Below are positions 9,152 through 18,809 of a DNA stretch of 64,000 nucleotides, one piece after another. The DNA is from an uncultured virus (IMG/VR IMGVR_UViG_2061766007_000025) (taxonomy: Duplodnaviria > Heunggongvirae > Uroviricota > Caudoviricetes). Below the pieces are notes generated by a model. The model did no database searches. It saw only the letters and a list, made by a program, of their open reading frames with translations, and was not told the DNA's origin. The position numbers were made by a program, and so were the translations under genes. The stretch lies in the IMG/VR virus record IMGVR_UViG_2061766007_000025; one strand, 5' to 3'. How positions within the stretch are numbered: position 1 is the stretch's first letter; the number at the start of each line of letters is the position of its first letter.

Positions 9152-12100
9152 ATGATTTTCATTAATAAGATGAAAAATATGAAAATTTATAAAACTCCGA
9201 TGTTCTTACCAACATTAGATGATGATAAGAAGAAACAATCGGCTATATTATTACTTACACCTAACTATGATTCATCTAAAAAGATAATAAATAGTAATAT
9301 GTTTGTAAATAAGCTTAGATATGCTTCTTATTATCTTGAGAGGGATTTATCTTATTATATAAATGATAAAACTATTAAAGATGCAGATAATAATCCAGAA
9401 GAAGTAGAAGAAGCATACAACTATCTTACAGAAATGAATGCTGCAGAGAGAAATGCTCTTCCTGATAGCGAATTTGGATTACCAGATAAGAGAAAGTTTC
9501 CTCTTGATACAGAGGGGAGAGTTAGATCTGCTATAAAGTTTTTCAATTATGCTTCTAAAGATGAAGAAGAAACATTAGCCAGAAATATTAAAAAGGCTAT
9601 GAAGAAATTTGGTATAGATGATGTAGAAGTAGGAGAAAAGAATAGATTTAGTGAGTATTATAAATCTCCTATTAAAGAGGCTACATTTATAACTACAACT
9701 CCTAGAAATTGTCCTTTTTGCCATACTATACCAGAAAAATCTATACAAACAGAATGGCAAGGATCTAATATTTATTTATGTCCTAAATGTTATAAAAAGT
9801 ATATAGATCATACATCCGAATTAAAAGAAGATGTAGACTCTTTTATTACAGTAAATGAATTTTGTAAAAATATAGATGAATCTTCATTAAATCTTGGAGA
9901 TAAAGTAATGGTATTTAATGAAGATGCTAAGTATAATGCTCAGTTAAAGAAATTACTCTTTAAAGAAAGACTTAAGAGACGTAATGATGTAGAGTTATTA
10001 TATGAGCAGGTACACAAAGATTGTCCTTTTATTAAGTATACATATCATAATCTTTCAAGATACCAGAAAAGGAATCTCTTTGTAGATTTATATTTCTATA
10101 ATAATTCATTCTTTGAAAATAATACATGGATATTAGCTAAAGGTATGAATCTTTACTATGATTTCATGGAAAGATTATTAAACTTTAGAAATATTGATGC
10201 TGAAGGATATAAGAAGAAAACTATATTTATTCCTGTAGAAGATTGGGATAGATTGAAAGATGCTTCTGTTTGGAATTATAGAGTTAATCTTAATCCTATA
10301 TCTGTAATATATCAGCTTATGTATACAGCTAATTCTACTAAGCTTAAATCTTTATTTAAAAATATTGATTTAGTCTTTGTAGGTAAAGATTGTATATTTA
10401 AACTTAACTTCTCAGAAGTGAAGACTCCTAAGGATTATAAGTTATTAGCTTCTAGATTAAAAAGCTTTGTTATTAAAATTTGTAATAATGAAGACTTTGA
10501 TTATGATGATATAGATACTACAGCTGATCAATCTAATACACCAGATGTTATTAGAGCTAATATAGCAGATAAATTAGATGTAAATAAAGGTATAGATATT
10601 ACACCACAACTTGCAGCTATAGACAAGACTAAAGATATTACATCTAAAACATATGTTGGTACTATTAGTTATAATAAATCTAATACAGCTGCTATTAAGA
10701 AACAAGAAAAAATAGTAGATAAATTAGAAGATAAACCTACTGTAGATAATCTTACTGCTAATAATCCAGAAACTGATATTAAGCAAAAAGAGATTGATGG
10801 AAAGAAGATGAATCTTGCTGGTAAAATTGACAGAATATCTAATGATTCTCAGTCAGAAGATGATGCTTATGATCAGATGGATGAATTAGACAGAGCAGAA
10901 ATATTAAGCCTTATTAGAGATCTTGAATCTGATGGTGATGATAAAGTAGATGTTTCTCTTGGTAGAGCTTCTAGAATTACTCAATTAGATAAAAAACTTA
11001 TGGATACTACTATTAATGGTAAGACTGTAAGAGATATTATCAATGAGAAAGAGCCTGAGCCTATTACTACAGAAGTAAAGGTTGCATCCCCTAATAAAGA
11101 ATGGGAATCTCTTAGCTATATGAATTTTGATAAGAATTATGATATAGATAAAGATATTGTAAATTCATTCCATTATCTATCTAAAGTATCATATCCTATA
11201 TCTATAAGAAATCTTAAATCAGATAATACTTCTACATCAGAAGATAGAGTTATGACTTATACTGCCGAGATGGAAGATTATAGAGGTAAGAGATTTACTA
11301 TTAAACTTGATATACCTATAATGGTAGATAATAGATTCTTATTAAGAGGAAATTATAAATCTATACAAACTCAGTTTTATAATATGCCTATTATAAAGAC
11401 AGATGTTGATACTTGCCAGATTATATCTAACTATATGAAGATATTTGTATATAGATATGGTGATTCTGGTAATAAATCATTACCTTTAGTAACTAGATTC
11501 TTAAAGGCATTAGACAAATATACAGGATCTGGTATTAAGGTTTATAGAGGCAATGCCAAGAAAGTAAGTAATAGATATAATCTTCCTATGGATTATATTA
11601 ATATGAGTGGAGTCTTAAATAAAATAGAAACTCCAGATTTTATTATTTATTTTAACCAAGATGAAATTAGAAGTAAGTATACTATAGACGAATCTAAAGG
11701 TATTCCATATGGATATGATAAGAAAGCTAAATCTATTATATACTATTTTAATGATGTAAATATGCCATTTATTAATATTATTTATGATACATTTACTAGA
11801 CATTATCCTGACTTTGCAGAACTCGTAGAAAAAGCTGCACCCCCATCAAATGCTGCATATTCTAGATGTAGTATTATGAGTTCTAAGATTCCTCTTGCTT
11901 TAATTTGTTGCTACCATGAAGGATTAAGAAAGACATTAGAGAAAGCTAATGTAGATTATAGATTAGCTGATAAACTTACTAAAGAAGATAGATCTGATCC
12001 ACGTCTTGATTGGGTTAAATTTAAAGATGGATTTGTTATCTATACTTGTACATATGAATCTAGTTTACTTATGAATGGTTTAAAGGTTTGTAGTACAGAA

Positions 12101-14002
12101 ATGTTCTCTTTAGCAGATATAGATAATAAGAATATCTATCTTGAATTCCTTGATGATTTTGGTGGAAGAATTAAAGCAGATGGCCTTGATAACTTCTATG
12201 ACTTAATGATAGATCCTATAACTAAAGAAATTCTTGAATATTATAAAATGCCTACAGATTATGTATCCATCTTATTATATGCTAACTCATTATTATCAGA
12301 TAATAAGTATATTAAGCATACTAATATGGCATCGAGAAGAATAAGAAGATATGAACTTATTGCTGTTTATACTTATAAAGTATTAGCAGATGCTTATTCA
12401 TCATATTCATATCAGTTAAAACATTCTAGATCATCAGCAGAATTTTATGTAAAACAATCTGCAGTTATAGATAAATTCTTAGTAGATACTATTACATCTG
12501 ATGATTCTGCTATTAATGCTTTACGTGATGTAGAAACAACCAATTCTATTACAACTAAAGGTCCTTCTGGTATGAACTCTGATAGAGCTTATAGTTTGGA
12601 TAAACGTACATTTGATCCTTCAATGATAAATGTAGTTGGTATGTCTACTGGTCATGCTGCTACTGTTGGTGTTACAAGACAAGCTACTATAGATTCTAAT
12701 ATAGAAGGTGTTAGAGGATTTGTAAAAGAATCTGATGGTGATATATCTAAGATGAACACTGCAAAGACTCTTACCGCTACAGAAGCATTAACTCCTTTTG
12801 GAACAACTAGAGATGATCCTACAAGAACTGCTATGACATTTGGTCAGACAGCTAAACACATGGTTCGTACAGAAGTATCGGATCCATTATTAGTTACTAG
12901 TGGTGCAGATGAAGTTATGCCTTATCTTACTACTAATAACTTTGCTTTTAAAGCTAAGAAAGATGGAGAAGTAGTAGAACGTACAGATGAATATGCTATA
13001 GTTAAATATAAAGATGATACATATGATTATATCAAATTAAATGAGACTATAGAAAAGAACTCAGATGGTGGATATTTTGTTCCATTACAACTTACTGCTT
13101 CTGATAAATTAAAAGTAGGATCTAAGATAAGAACTAATGATATTTTAGCATATGATACATATAGTTTCTCTAATTCTGTAGGAGAATCTGATAATATTGC
13201 ATATAATGTAGGTACATTAGCTAAAGTTGCAGTAATTAATTCAGATGAAGGATTTGAGGATTCTGGTATTATATCTGAAGGTATGGCTGAGAAATTAGCT
13301 ACTAGAATTGACTTACAACATACTGTTACATTAGATAAAGATACTATACTATTATCTATGGTAAAAGTTGGAGATGAGGTTGAAGCTGGAGATAATCTTC
13401 TTGTATATCAACCTACATTCGAAGATGAAGATACTAAAATATTACTTAAGAATCTTACAGCTAATGAAGTATCTGAGTTGGGTAAGAAAGTAGTTACTTC
13501 TAAGGTTACAGGAAAAGTATCTGCTATAAAGATATTTAGAACTGTGGAACTTGATGAATTATCTGAATCATTGAGAAAAGTAGTTTCTAAATATGAATCT
13601 AAATATAATACTTTAGAGAAGACTTTTGATAAATATAACTTAGATAAATCTAATATACCTGCACATTATACTTTACCAGCTACTGGTAAATTAAAGAAAT
13701 GTGAAGATTCTGTATTAATAGAAATCTATGTAGAGTACAAAGATGCTGTAGGTATAGGAGATAAGATAGTATTCTTCTCAGCTAATAAAGCAATTATAAA
13801 AAATATACTGGATAAAGATAATGCTCCTTATACAGATTTTAGACCAAATGAAAAGATAGATGCATTTGTATCTGAAGTATCTATTGATAAACGTATGGTT
13901 ACATCTACGGTAATTTATGGATCGTTACAGAAGTTATTAGTAGAACTAGATAGATCTGTTAAAGATATTATGGGAATCGAATATGACGATTCAACAGTAT
14001 AA
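9152..14002 (+). CDS. Multisubunit RNA polymerase beta-like subunit, probably virion RNAP, with long N-terminal extension
   Basis: RTAMTFGQTAKH (cf. RALMGSNMQRQ), GFEDSGIISE, GDEVEAGD hybrid motif, IGDK; N-terminal LPDSEFGLPDKRKFPLD module and CPFC/CPKC Zn ribbon. Confidence 0.85.
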   Translation: MIFINKMKNMKIYKTPMFLPTLDDDKKKQSAILLLTPNYDSSKKIINSNMFVNKLRYASYYLERDLSYYINDKTIKDADNNPEEVEEAYNYLTEMNAAERNALPDSEFGLPDKRKFPLDTEGRVRSAIKFFNYASKDEEETLARNIKKAMKKFGIDDVEVGEKNRFSEYYKSPIKEATFITTTPRNCPFCHTIPEKSIQTEWQGSNIYLCPKCYKKYIDHTSELKEDVDSFITVNEFCKNIDESSLNLGDKVMVFNEDAKYNAQLKKLLFKERLKRRNDVELLYEQVHKDCPFIKYTYHNLSRYQKRNLFVDLYFYNNSFFENNTWILAKGMNLYYDFMERLLNFRNIDAEGYKKKTIFIPVEDWDRLKDASVWNYRVNLNPISVIYQLMYTANSTKLKSLFKNIDLVFVGKDCIFKLNFSEVKTPKDYKLLASRLKSFVIKICNNEDFDYDDIDTTADQSNTPDVIRANIADKLDVNKGIDITPQLAAIDKTKDITSKTYVGTISYNKSNTAAIKKQEKIVDKLEDKPTVDNLTANNPETDIKQKEIDGKKMNLAGKIDRISNDSQSEDDAYDQMDELDRAEILSLIRDLESDGDDKVDVSLGRASRITQLDKKLMDTTINGKTVRDIINEKEPEPITTEVKVASPNKEWESLSYMNFDKNYDIDKDIVNSFHYLSKVSYPISIRNLKSDNTSTSEDRVMTYTAEMEDYRGKRFTIKLDIPIMVDNRFLLRGNYKSIQTQFYNMPIIKTDVDTCQIISNYMKIFVYRYGDSGNKSLPLVTRFLKALDKYTGSGIKVYRGNAKKVSNRYNLPMDYINMSGVLNKIETPDFIIYFNQDEIRSKYTIDESKGIPYGYDKKAKSIIYYFNDVNMPFINIIYDTFTRHYPDFAELVEKAAPPSNAAYSRCSIMSSKIPLALICCYHEGLRKTLEKANVDYRLADKLTKEDRSDPRLDWVKFKDGFVIYTCTYESSLLMNGLKVCSTEMFSLADIDNKNIYLEFLDDFGGRIKADGLDNFYDLMIDPITKEILEYYKMPTDYVSILLYANSLLSDNKYIKHTNMASRRIRRYELIAVYTYKVLADAYSSYSYQLKHSRSSAEFYVKQSAVIDKFLVDTITSDDSAINALRDVETTNSITTKGPSGMNSDRAYSLDKRTFDPSMINVVGMSTGHAATVGVTRQATIDSNIEGVRGFVKESDGDISKMNTAKTLTATEALTPFGTTRDDPTRTAMTFGQTAKHMVRTEVSDPLLVTSGADEVMPYLTTNNFAFKAKKDGEVVERTDEYAIVKYKDDTYDYIKLNETIEKNSDGGYFVPLQLTASDKLKVGSKIRTNDILAYDTYSFSNSVGESDNIAYNVGTLAKVAVINSDEGFEDSGIISEGMAEKLATRIDLQHTVTLDKDTILLSMVKVGDEVEAGDNLLVYQPTFEDEDTKILLKNLTANEVSELGKKVVTSKVTGKVSAIKIFRTVELDELSESLRKVVSKYESKYNTLEKTFDKYNLDKSNIPAHYTLPATGKLKKCEDSVLIEIYVEYKDAVGIGDKIVFFSANKAIIKNILDKDNAPYTDFRPNEKIDAFVSEVSIDKRMVTSTVIYGSLQKLLVELDRSVKDIMGIEYDDSTV

Positions 14003-14047
14003 TAATGAAAAAATAAACCTGTACTCCTAAAATATAGTTTAATGACG

Positions 14048-14090
14048 AATTATAACCCCAGAGGATTCTAAGTCCTCTGGGGTTATAATT
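14048..14090. terminator. Bidirectional terminator-like hairpin
   Basis: AATTATAACCCCAGAGGA/TCCTCTGGGGTTATAATT perfect 18-bp inverted repeat between convergent genes. Confidence 0.8.
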
Positions 14091-14123
14091 TTTAAGAAGA
14101 ACTACATGTAGTGTTAACCTGTA

Positions 14124-14501
14124 TTAAGCGAAGATCTTTTTTAAAGTATCAAGCCATCTCTTAAGCATATCATAGTCATTCTCAATATTGAGTTTTTTGT
14201 AGATGATCTTGTTGTTAATCAGATGAATAAGTAGTCCCAAACCAATAGCTACTGCATAGCAGATAAGTCCAACCTTAATAATATAGTTACTATCAAATCT
14301 CTTCTCATATGCTGCTTTAATATCTTCATCATCTGGATCAGCTTCATAAGCTGCTACTACTGAGTTATAATACTCTTCATCTTTTTCTTCTGCGATCTTC
14401 ATAGCCTTATATGTTCCAAGACCTGCAATTGATCCAGTTATAAGACTTTCAATTGTTGTAATTCCGCATTTCTTTAAATAATCTGATACGTGTTTGTTCA
14501 T
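14124..14501 (-). CDS. Hypothetical membrane protein
   Basis: 125 aa with hydrophobic segments, GAGG RBS. Confidence 0.65.
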   Translation of the reverse strand: MNKHVSDYLKKCGITTIESLITGSIAGLGTYKAMKIAEEKDEEYYNSVVAAYEADPDDEDIKAAYEKRFDSNYIIKVGLICYAVAIGLGLLIHLINNKIIYKKLNIENDYDMLKRWLDTLKKIFA

Positions 14502-14510
14502 AATACAATA

Positions 14511-14616
14511 CCTCTTTTCTTTCTTTTTGAAATATAATTTGTAGTTGCCGAATAGATATTATTATATTCTATTCAAAGTAATTATATATAATCACAACTC
14601 GTAACTTTTACAAAAA
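14511..14616 (-). promoter_or_regulatory. Duplicated promoter/leader element, copy 1
   Basis: ~105 bp closely similar to 45683-45788: AAAAGTTA-N9-A(T/G)TATATATAAT, GAATAG hairpin and leader to RBS. Confidence 0.6.
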
Positions 14617-14941
14617 GAAAAAATGTGACACTACCAGGTTCCTACCTTAAGGAAACCTTGTTCATGAACCCCAAGAGCAGGGGGAGTTGGCGCGCTCAAC
14701 AGGGGGGTGCAACCCCCCTCAGAGCGCATTTTTGGCTAGGTATGTAGTAGCGAAGCGTATATTGGCTATTTAAGTTAGTGACCAGGGGGTCGGAATAGAA
14801 TATTCCGTATCAGTAATCCACCTTCCTATCTGCCCGGGAGCCCCAGACCCCATTACCCTTCCCCCTACTTGATTGTTAATTTTATTGTAAATTTTAACAA
14901 TTAACAAAAATTGAAGTAATTTTATTATAATTTTCCAATAA

Positions 14942-15532
14942 TTATAAGATATTATTATACATTTCATCTAAAACTTCATCAATCATATCATTATCTATAT
15001 CCAATAAGAAAGTACTAAATATTAGATTAGCTAATATACTTATAGTATCTTCATCAAAATATATTTTTAATCTATTAGTATTTGTATTAGCTATCTTATC
15101 AATTTCATTTACCAGTAAATAGCAATCTGGATTAGAAATATAATAATTATTATATTCTTGAATCATAGTTAGAGTATAATCTATATTAAGATTATATTTA
15201 CTTTTACCAGTAATAAGATATTCATTAAATATTAAATTGGAACTCATAAATTCATTTAAATTATCTAATAATACTAATATATCTACTTCATTTACTATAA
15301 AAGATATTAATTCTCTATTAGAAATATTATCATATATAGTAAAGCTACATATATAATTAGATCCGTTATTAGTTATCCAAGATTTATGTGTAATCTTATT
15401 TCTTTCTAGTTTTATATTATAATCATTTTTACAAGTTCTAATAATATTCATAGTATCTTCTCCTTTATTAGTAATAAAACCCATAGAATACATATTGATT
15501 AAAACTAAAGAATTAATATCACTCATAGCCAT
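14942..15532 (-). CDS. Hypothetical protein
   Basis: 196-aa ORF with AAGGAG RBS. Confidence 0.6.
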   Translation of the reverse strand: MAMSDINSLVLINMYSMGFITNKGEDTMNIIRTCKNDYNIKLERNKITHKSWITNNGSNYICSFTIYDNISNRELISFIVNEVDILVLLDNLNEFMSSNLIFNEYLITGKSKYNLNIDYTLTMIQEYNNYYISNPDCYLLVNEIDKIANTNTNRLKIYFDEDTISILANLIFSTFLLDIDNDMIDEVLDEMYNNIL

Positions 15533-15775
15533 ACTCCTTTAAAATAGAAATAACTAGAGTTACGGATTTATCACCCGTAACTCTAATCACCCTTTGTCAA
15601 TGAAAATAAATCTAATAAGATCTTCATCTTATTATTTATATGTTTATNNNNNNNNNNNNNNNNNNNNNNNNNNNNNNNNNNNNNNNNNNNNNNNNNNNNN
15701 NNNNNNNNNNNNNNNNNNNNNNNNNNNNNNNNNNNNNNNNNNNNNNNNNNNNNNNNNNNNNNNGTTGAAGTAATA

Positions 15776-16591
15776 ATGATAGATCCTGATGCTTTAAATT
15801 TAACTAAGAATCCATTACCGAGTTTAATAAAGATAAATAATGTAGTAGAGTTTGATTATGAACCATATGATTATAATGATGATAAAGATTTAAATAATTT
15901 CTTTAAAGATGTAGAAAAAGTTGTTAGACATAGTATAGAATATAAAAATTATATTAAATATCTTAGAGAAAATATGGATATGAATAAGTGTTTATTTCTT
16001 AAAGGTGTAGATAATATTGAAACCTTTGATATAAAGATAGAGTTACATCATTACCCTTTTACTTTGAGAGATATAGTTGAAATAGTATATAGAAAACGTT
16101 GTTATTATAATGAATATATATCTGTATTTATGGTAGCGAAAGAAGTAATGGAATTACATTATAAATTGATGATAGGATTAGTTCCGCTTTCGGAAACTGT
16201 ACATGAATTGGCTCATAAGGGTAAGATATTTATACCGATTACGAATATCTTGGGAAGATATAATCTTTTTATAGAATATTATAAGCCATTTATAGATTCT
16301 GAGCATTTAGATGCGATAACTAGAATGGAAGTATATACTGAAGAGAATAATTCGATACTCGATACGACTATATTAGATACGAATAAAGTAAATTATGAAA
16401 TAAAAGATAAGAGATATATGTTGCCTGAGATGAATAAAGTAAATGATGCGATGTTTGATAGATTAGCTCTTATTAAAGCTAATAATTACTTATTACCTGA
16501 TATAAGTAATATAGAAGAATTAAATCATGAGAAAAAAGTAATTTCGCCGATTTCTTTCGACTTTTCACTGATTTCGCATTCTGAGCGATAA
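15776..16591 (+). CDS. Hypothetical protein with HNH-like His pattern
   Basis: IELHHYPF...LSETVHELAH. Confidence 0.6.
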   Translation: MIDPDALNLTKNPLPSLIKINNVVEFDYEPYDYNDDKDLNNFFKDVEKVVRHSIEYKNYIKYLRENMDMNKCLFLKGVDNIETFDIKIELHHYPFTLRDIVEIVYRKRCYYNEYISVFMVAKEVMELHYKLMIGLVPLSETVHELAHKGKIFIPITNILGRYNLFIEYYKPFIDSEHLDAITRMEVYTEENNSILDTTILDTNKVNYEIKDKRYMLPEMNKVNDAMFDRLALIKANNYLLPDISNIEELNHEKKVISPISFDFSLISHSER

Positions 16592-16738
16592 AAAATAAAC
16601 CATCCGTAGGAGTATACTCGAAAGTGGCTGAAATCGCTTCATAGCGTTTTACCCCTCTCATAATTGCACGTAAATACGGCTAATTAGAGAGGGGTTCGCT
16701 TGAAACGAAAGGTTTATTTATGAAAAGTGAGACGTAAG

Positions 16739-17329
16739 CTATAATAATAATTTAGTAATAGGTTTTCCGGTACCTATTTTTATCTGAGCATACTTTTTTA
16801 GAAATTCTCTTCTTATCTGTTGATAATGAATTACATTATTCCAGTCAATCTTATTATTAATTAAATCTATATCATCTGTTCTTGTATACCTTAACATAAG
16901 TTTGGTTAAAGTATCTATATAAGATTCATCTGGATTATGTTTCTCTAAGTATGTATTAAACTCCTCTATATTCTTCTGATTATAAATATAAGAATAAAAA
17001 GTAGCTGTAATATTAATATACTTCTCATTATATAAGTCGAAACTGAAGAATGGGCTGGTAATAAACATGAGTTCTTTTATAAAAGATTCTGTTAACTTGG
17101 AGAATCTACATATATAGGATACACAACAACAGTCTATCCTCTCTGAAATATTTAATAATACTCTTCTTCTTATATCATCAGATTTTTGAGAATTGAGAGA
17201 AAAATCTGACCAATCATCTATAGGCCAGCTCTTTAATGCTCCTGATTTTATTTTTGCATAATATTCTTGCTCTTTAGGTGTTAATGATGATAAGAGCATA
17301 GATTTTGTCATAATATTGGTAGTATTCAT
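16739..17329 (-). CDS. Hypothetical protein
   Basis: 196-aa ORF. Confidence 0.65.
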   Translation of the reverse strand: MNTTNIMTKSMLLSSLTPKEQEYYAKIKSGALKSWPIDDWSDFSLNSQKSDDIRRRVLLNISERIDCCCVSYICRFSKLTESFIKELMFITSPFFSFDLYNEKYINITATFYSYIYNQKNIEEFNTYLEKHNPDESYIDTLTKLMLRYTRTDDIDLINNKIDWNNVIHYQQIRREFLKKYAQIKIGTGKPITKLLL

Positions 17330-17349
17330 TTTACTTTATAACCCCTTTA

Positions 17350-17685
17350 CTAATTCTTTAAATCTAGTATTATAGTTAAGTAAGGATATTCATAAGAACT
17401 AGAAGTAATAATATCTATTACTGTTTTAGCTTTAAAATCTAAAGCACTTATGAAATCTAACTTAGCTACTAAGTTATGAGTAGATCCGACCTTAACGATA
17501 TCAGGATCATTTTTATCAAGCATAATATCTGCTGAACCGATAAAATCGGTATTAGATAACTTATACTCTTTGTGCTGCATATCCCACACCCTGAAATTAA
17601 TTACACATCTTTCATAATCTTTTGAAAGATCTTTTGCGATATCATATACTGATACCTTGTTTTCTTTTGTCACATTTGTTAGCAT
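17350..17685 (-). CDS. Hypothetical protein
   Basis: GGAGGAG RBS; AAAAGTTA...ATTATATATAAT motif upstream (17748-17777). Confidence 0.65.
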   Translation of the reverse strand: MLTNVTKENKVSVYDIAKDLSKDYERCVINFRVWDMQHKEYKLSNTDFIGSADIMLDKNDPDIVKVGSTHNLVAKLDFISALDFKAKTVIDIITSSSYEYPYLTIILDLKN

Positions 17686-17877
17686 TGCTTTACTCCTCCT
17701 TAATTTGTATTATATTTATATGAGTACTTTTATATACTCATACATATATTATATATAATTAGACTATTATAACTTTTCAAAACATATAGTATTCGAAACA
17801 TTATTATAATAATAGTATTATATAATACTGTTTTTCTATATATTAACTTTAATTCTATTATTTGGAGGTTATATTTT

Positions 17878-18567
17878 ATGGACGAACAACTTGTTACTGT
17901 ATTAGTTGGTGTAGGTGTAGTAGCTCTTATTGGACTTGTAGTATTCTTAAGATGGAGATTAACACCATCTAAAGAACAAAAGAAAAAAGCTATGGATTTC
18001 TTAAAAGGTTTAGAAGAAGCTTTATATGCTAGAATCTTAGAGATTATTAAAACCTTTAATATTGATGATTATAAAGATTTAGCATCTCTAGAGATAGATC
18101 TTCTTAGTAAGATTAAAGAAGTTGCTAAAGCATATATATTAGATGAACTTAAGAAATCCGATCAAGATTTATTTACTGTTTTAATGTTAAAGTTCTTATC
18201 TACTGATATGATAGAGAAGTTTATCTTATCTCTTATTGATAATCATAAGATAGTTGATCTTATTGAACAGCGAGCAGCATCTAAATTTAAATCGGTAGAA
18301 GAAATAGAAGCAGAAGATGCTGAAAAAGTTAAAGAATTCAGTTCAGATGATTACAATGAAGAGTTTGATGAAATCAAAGATCTAGAACCTGCAGAGGAAC
18401 CAGAACCAACTGAAGAAGAACTTGCTCAACTTAATCCTCAAAAAGATGAGGAAGAAGAATATAATCCAAACGATGAATCTATGGAAGTTATAGATGATGA
18501 TCTATATATAGATGCATCTGGTAGACTTCGTAGTAAAAAGACTAACAAATGGGTAAAAAGTAAATAA
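17878..18567 (+). CDS. N-terminally anchored membrane protein with acidic tail
   Basis: N-terminal TM helix, E/D-rich C-terminus, GGAGG RBS, AACA-N6-TA at 17797-17808. Confidence 0.7.
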   Translation: MDEQLVTVLVGVGVVALIGLVVFLRWRLTPSKEQKKKAMDFLKGLEEALYARILEIIKTFNIDDYKDLASLEIDLLSKIKEVAKAYILDELKKSDQDLFTVLMLKFLSTDMIEKFILSLIDNHKIVDLIEQRAASKFKSVEEIEAEDAEKVKEFSSDDYNEEFDEIKDLEPAEEPEPTEEELAQLNPQKDEEEEYNPNDESMEVIDDDLYIDASGRLRSKKTNKWVKSK

Positions 18568-18593
18568 ATCATAAAAGGTGGTGGAATAATATT

Positions 18594-18764
18594 ATGATGA
18601 AAGTAGTATATACTCCTAGAGATACTGTAGGAAGACAGACTGCTACAAGTGAACGTTATAAATGTAAAGCTGAAGATGATTTAAAAAATAAAAAACGCGA
18701 GCAAATGGCTAATCTTATTACTGAAATTAACCGTCGTCTAGAAGAGAATTTCCACCTTGGTTAA
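18594..18764 (+). CDS. Small hypothetical protein (56 aa, below ORF-track cutoff)
   Basis: MMKVVYTPRDTVGRQ...ENFHLG; AAGGTGG RBS; followed by hairpin. Confidence 0.5.
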   Translation: MMKVVYTPRDTVGRQTATSERYKCKAEDDLKNKKREQMANLITEINRRLEENFHLG

Positions 18765-18774
18765 AAAATAAAAT

Positions 18775-18801
18775 GCCTCCTGGATGATAAGTCCAGGAGG
18801 C
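18775..18801. terminator. Bidirectional terminator-like hairpin
   Basis: GCCTCCTGGA/TCCAGGAGGC between convergent genes. Confidence 0.75.
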
Positions 18802-18809
18802 TATATTTG

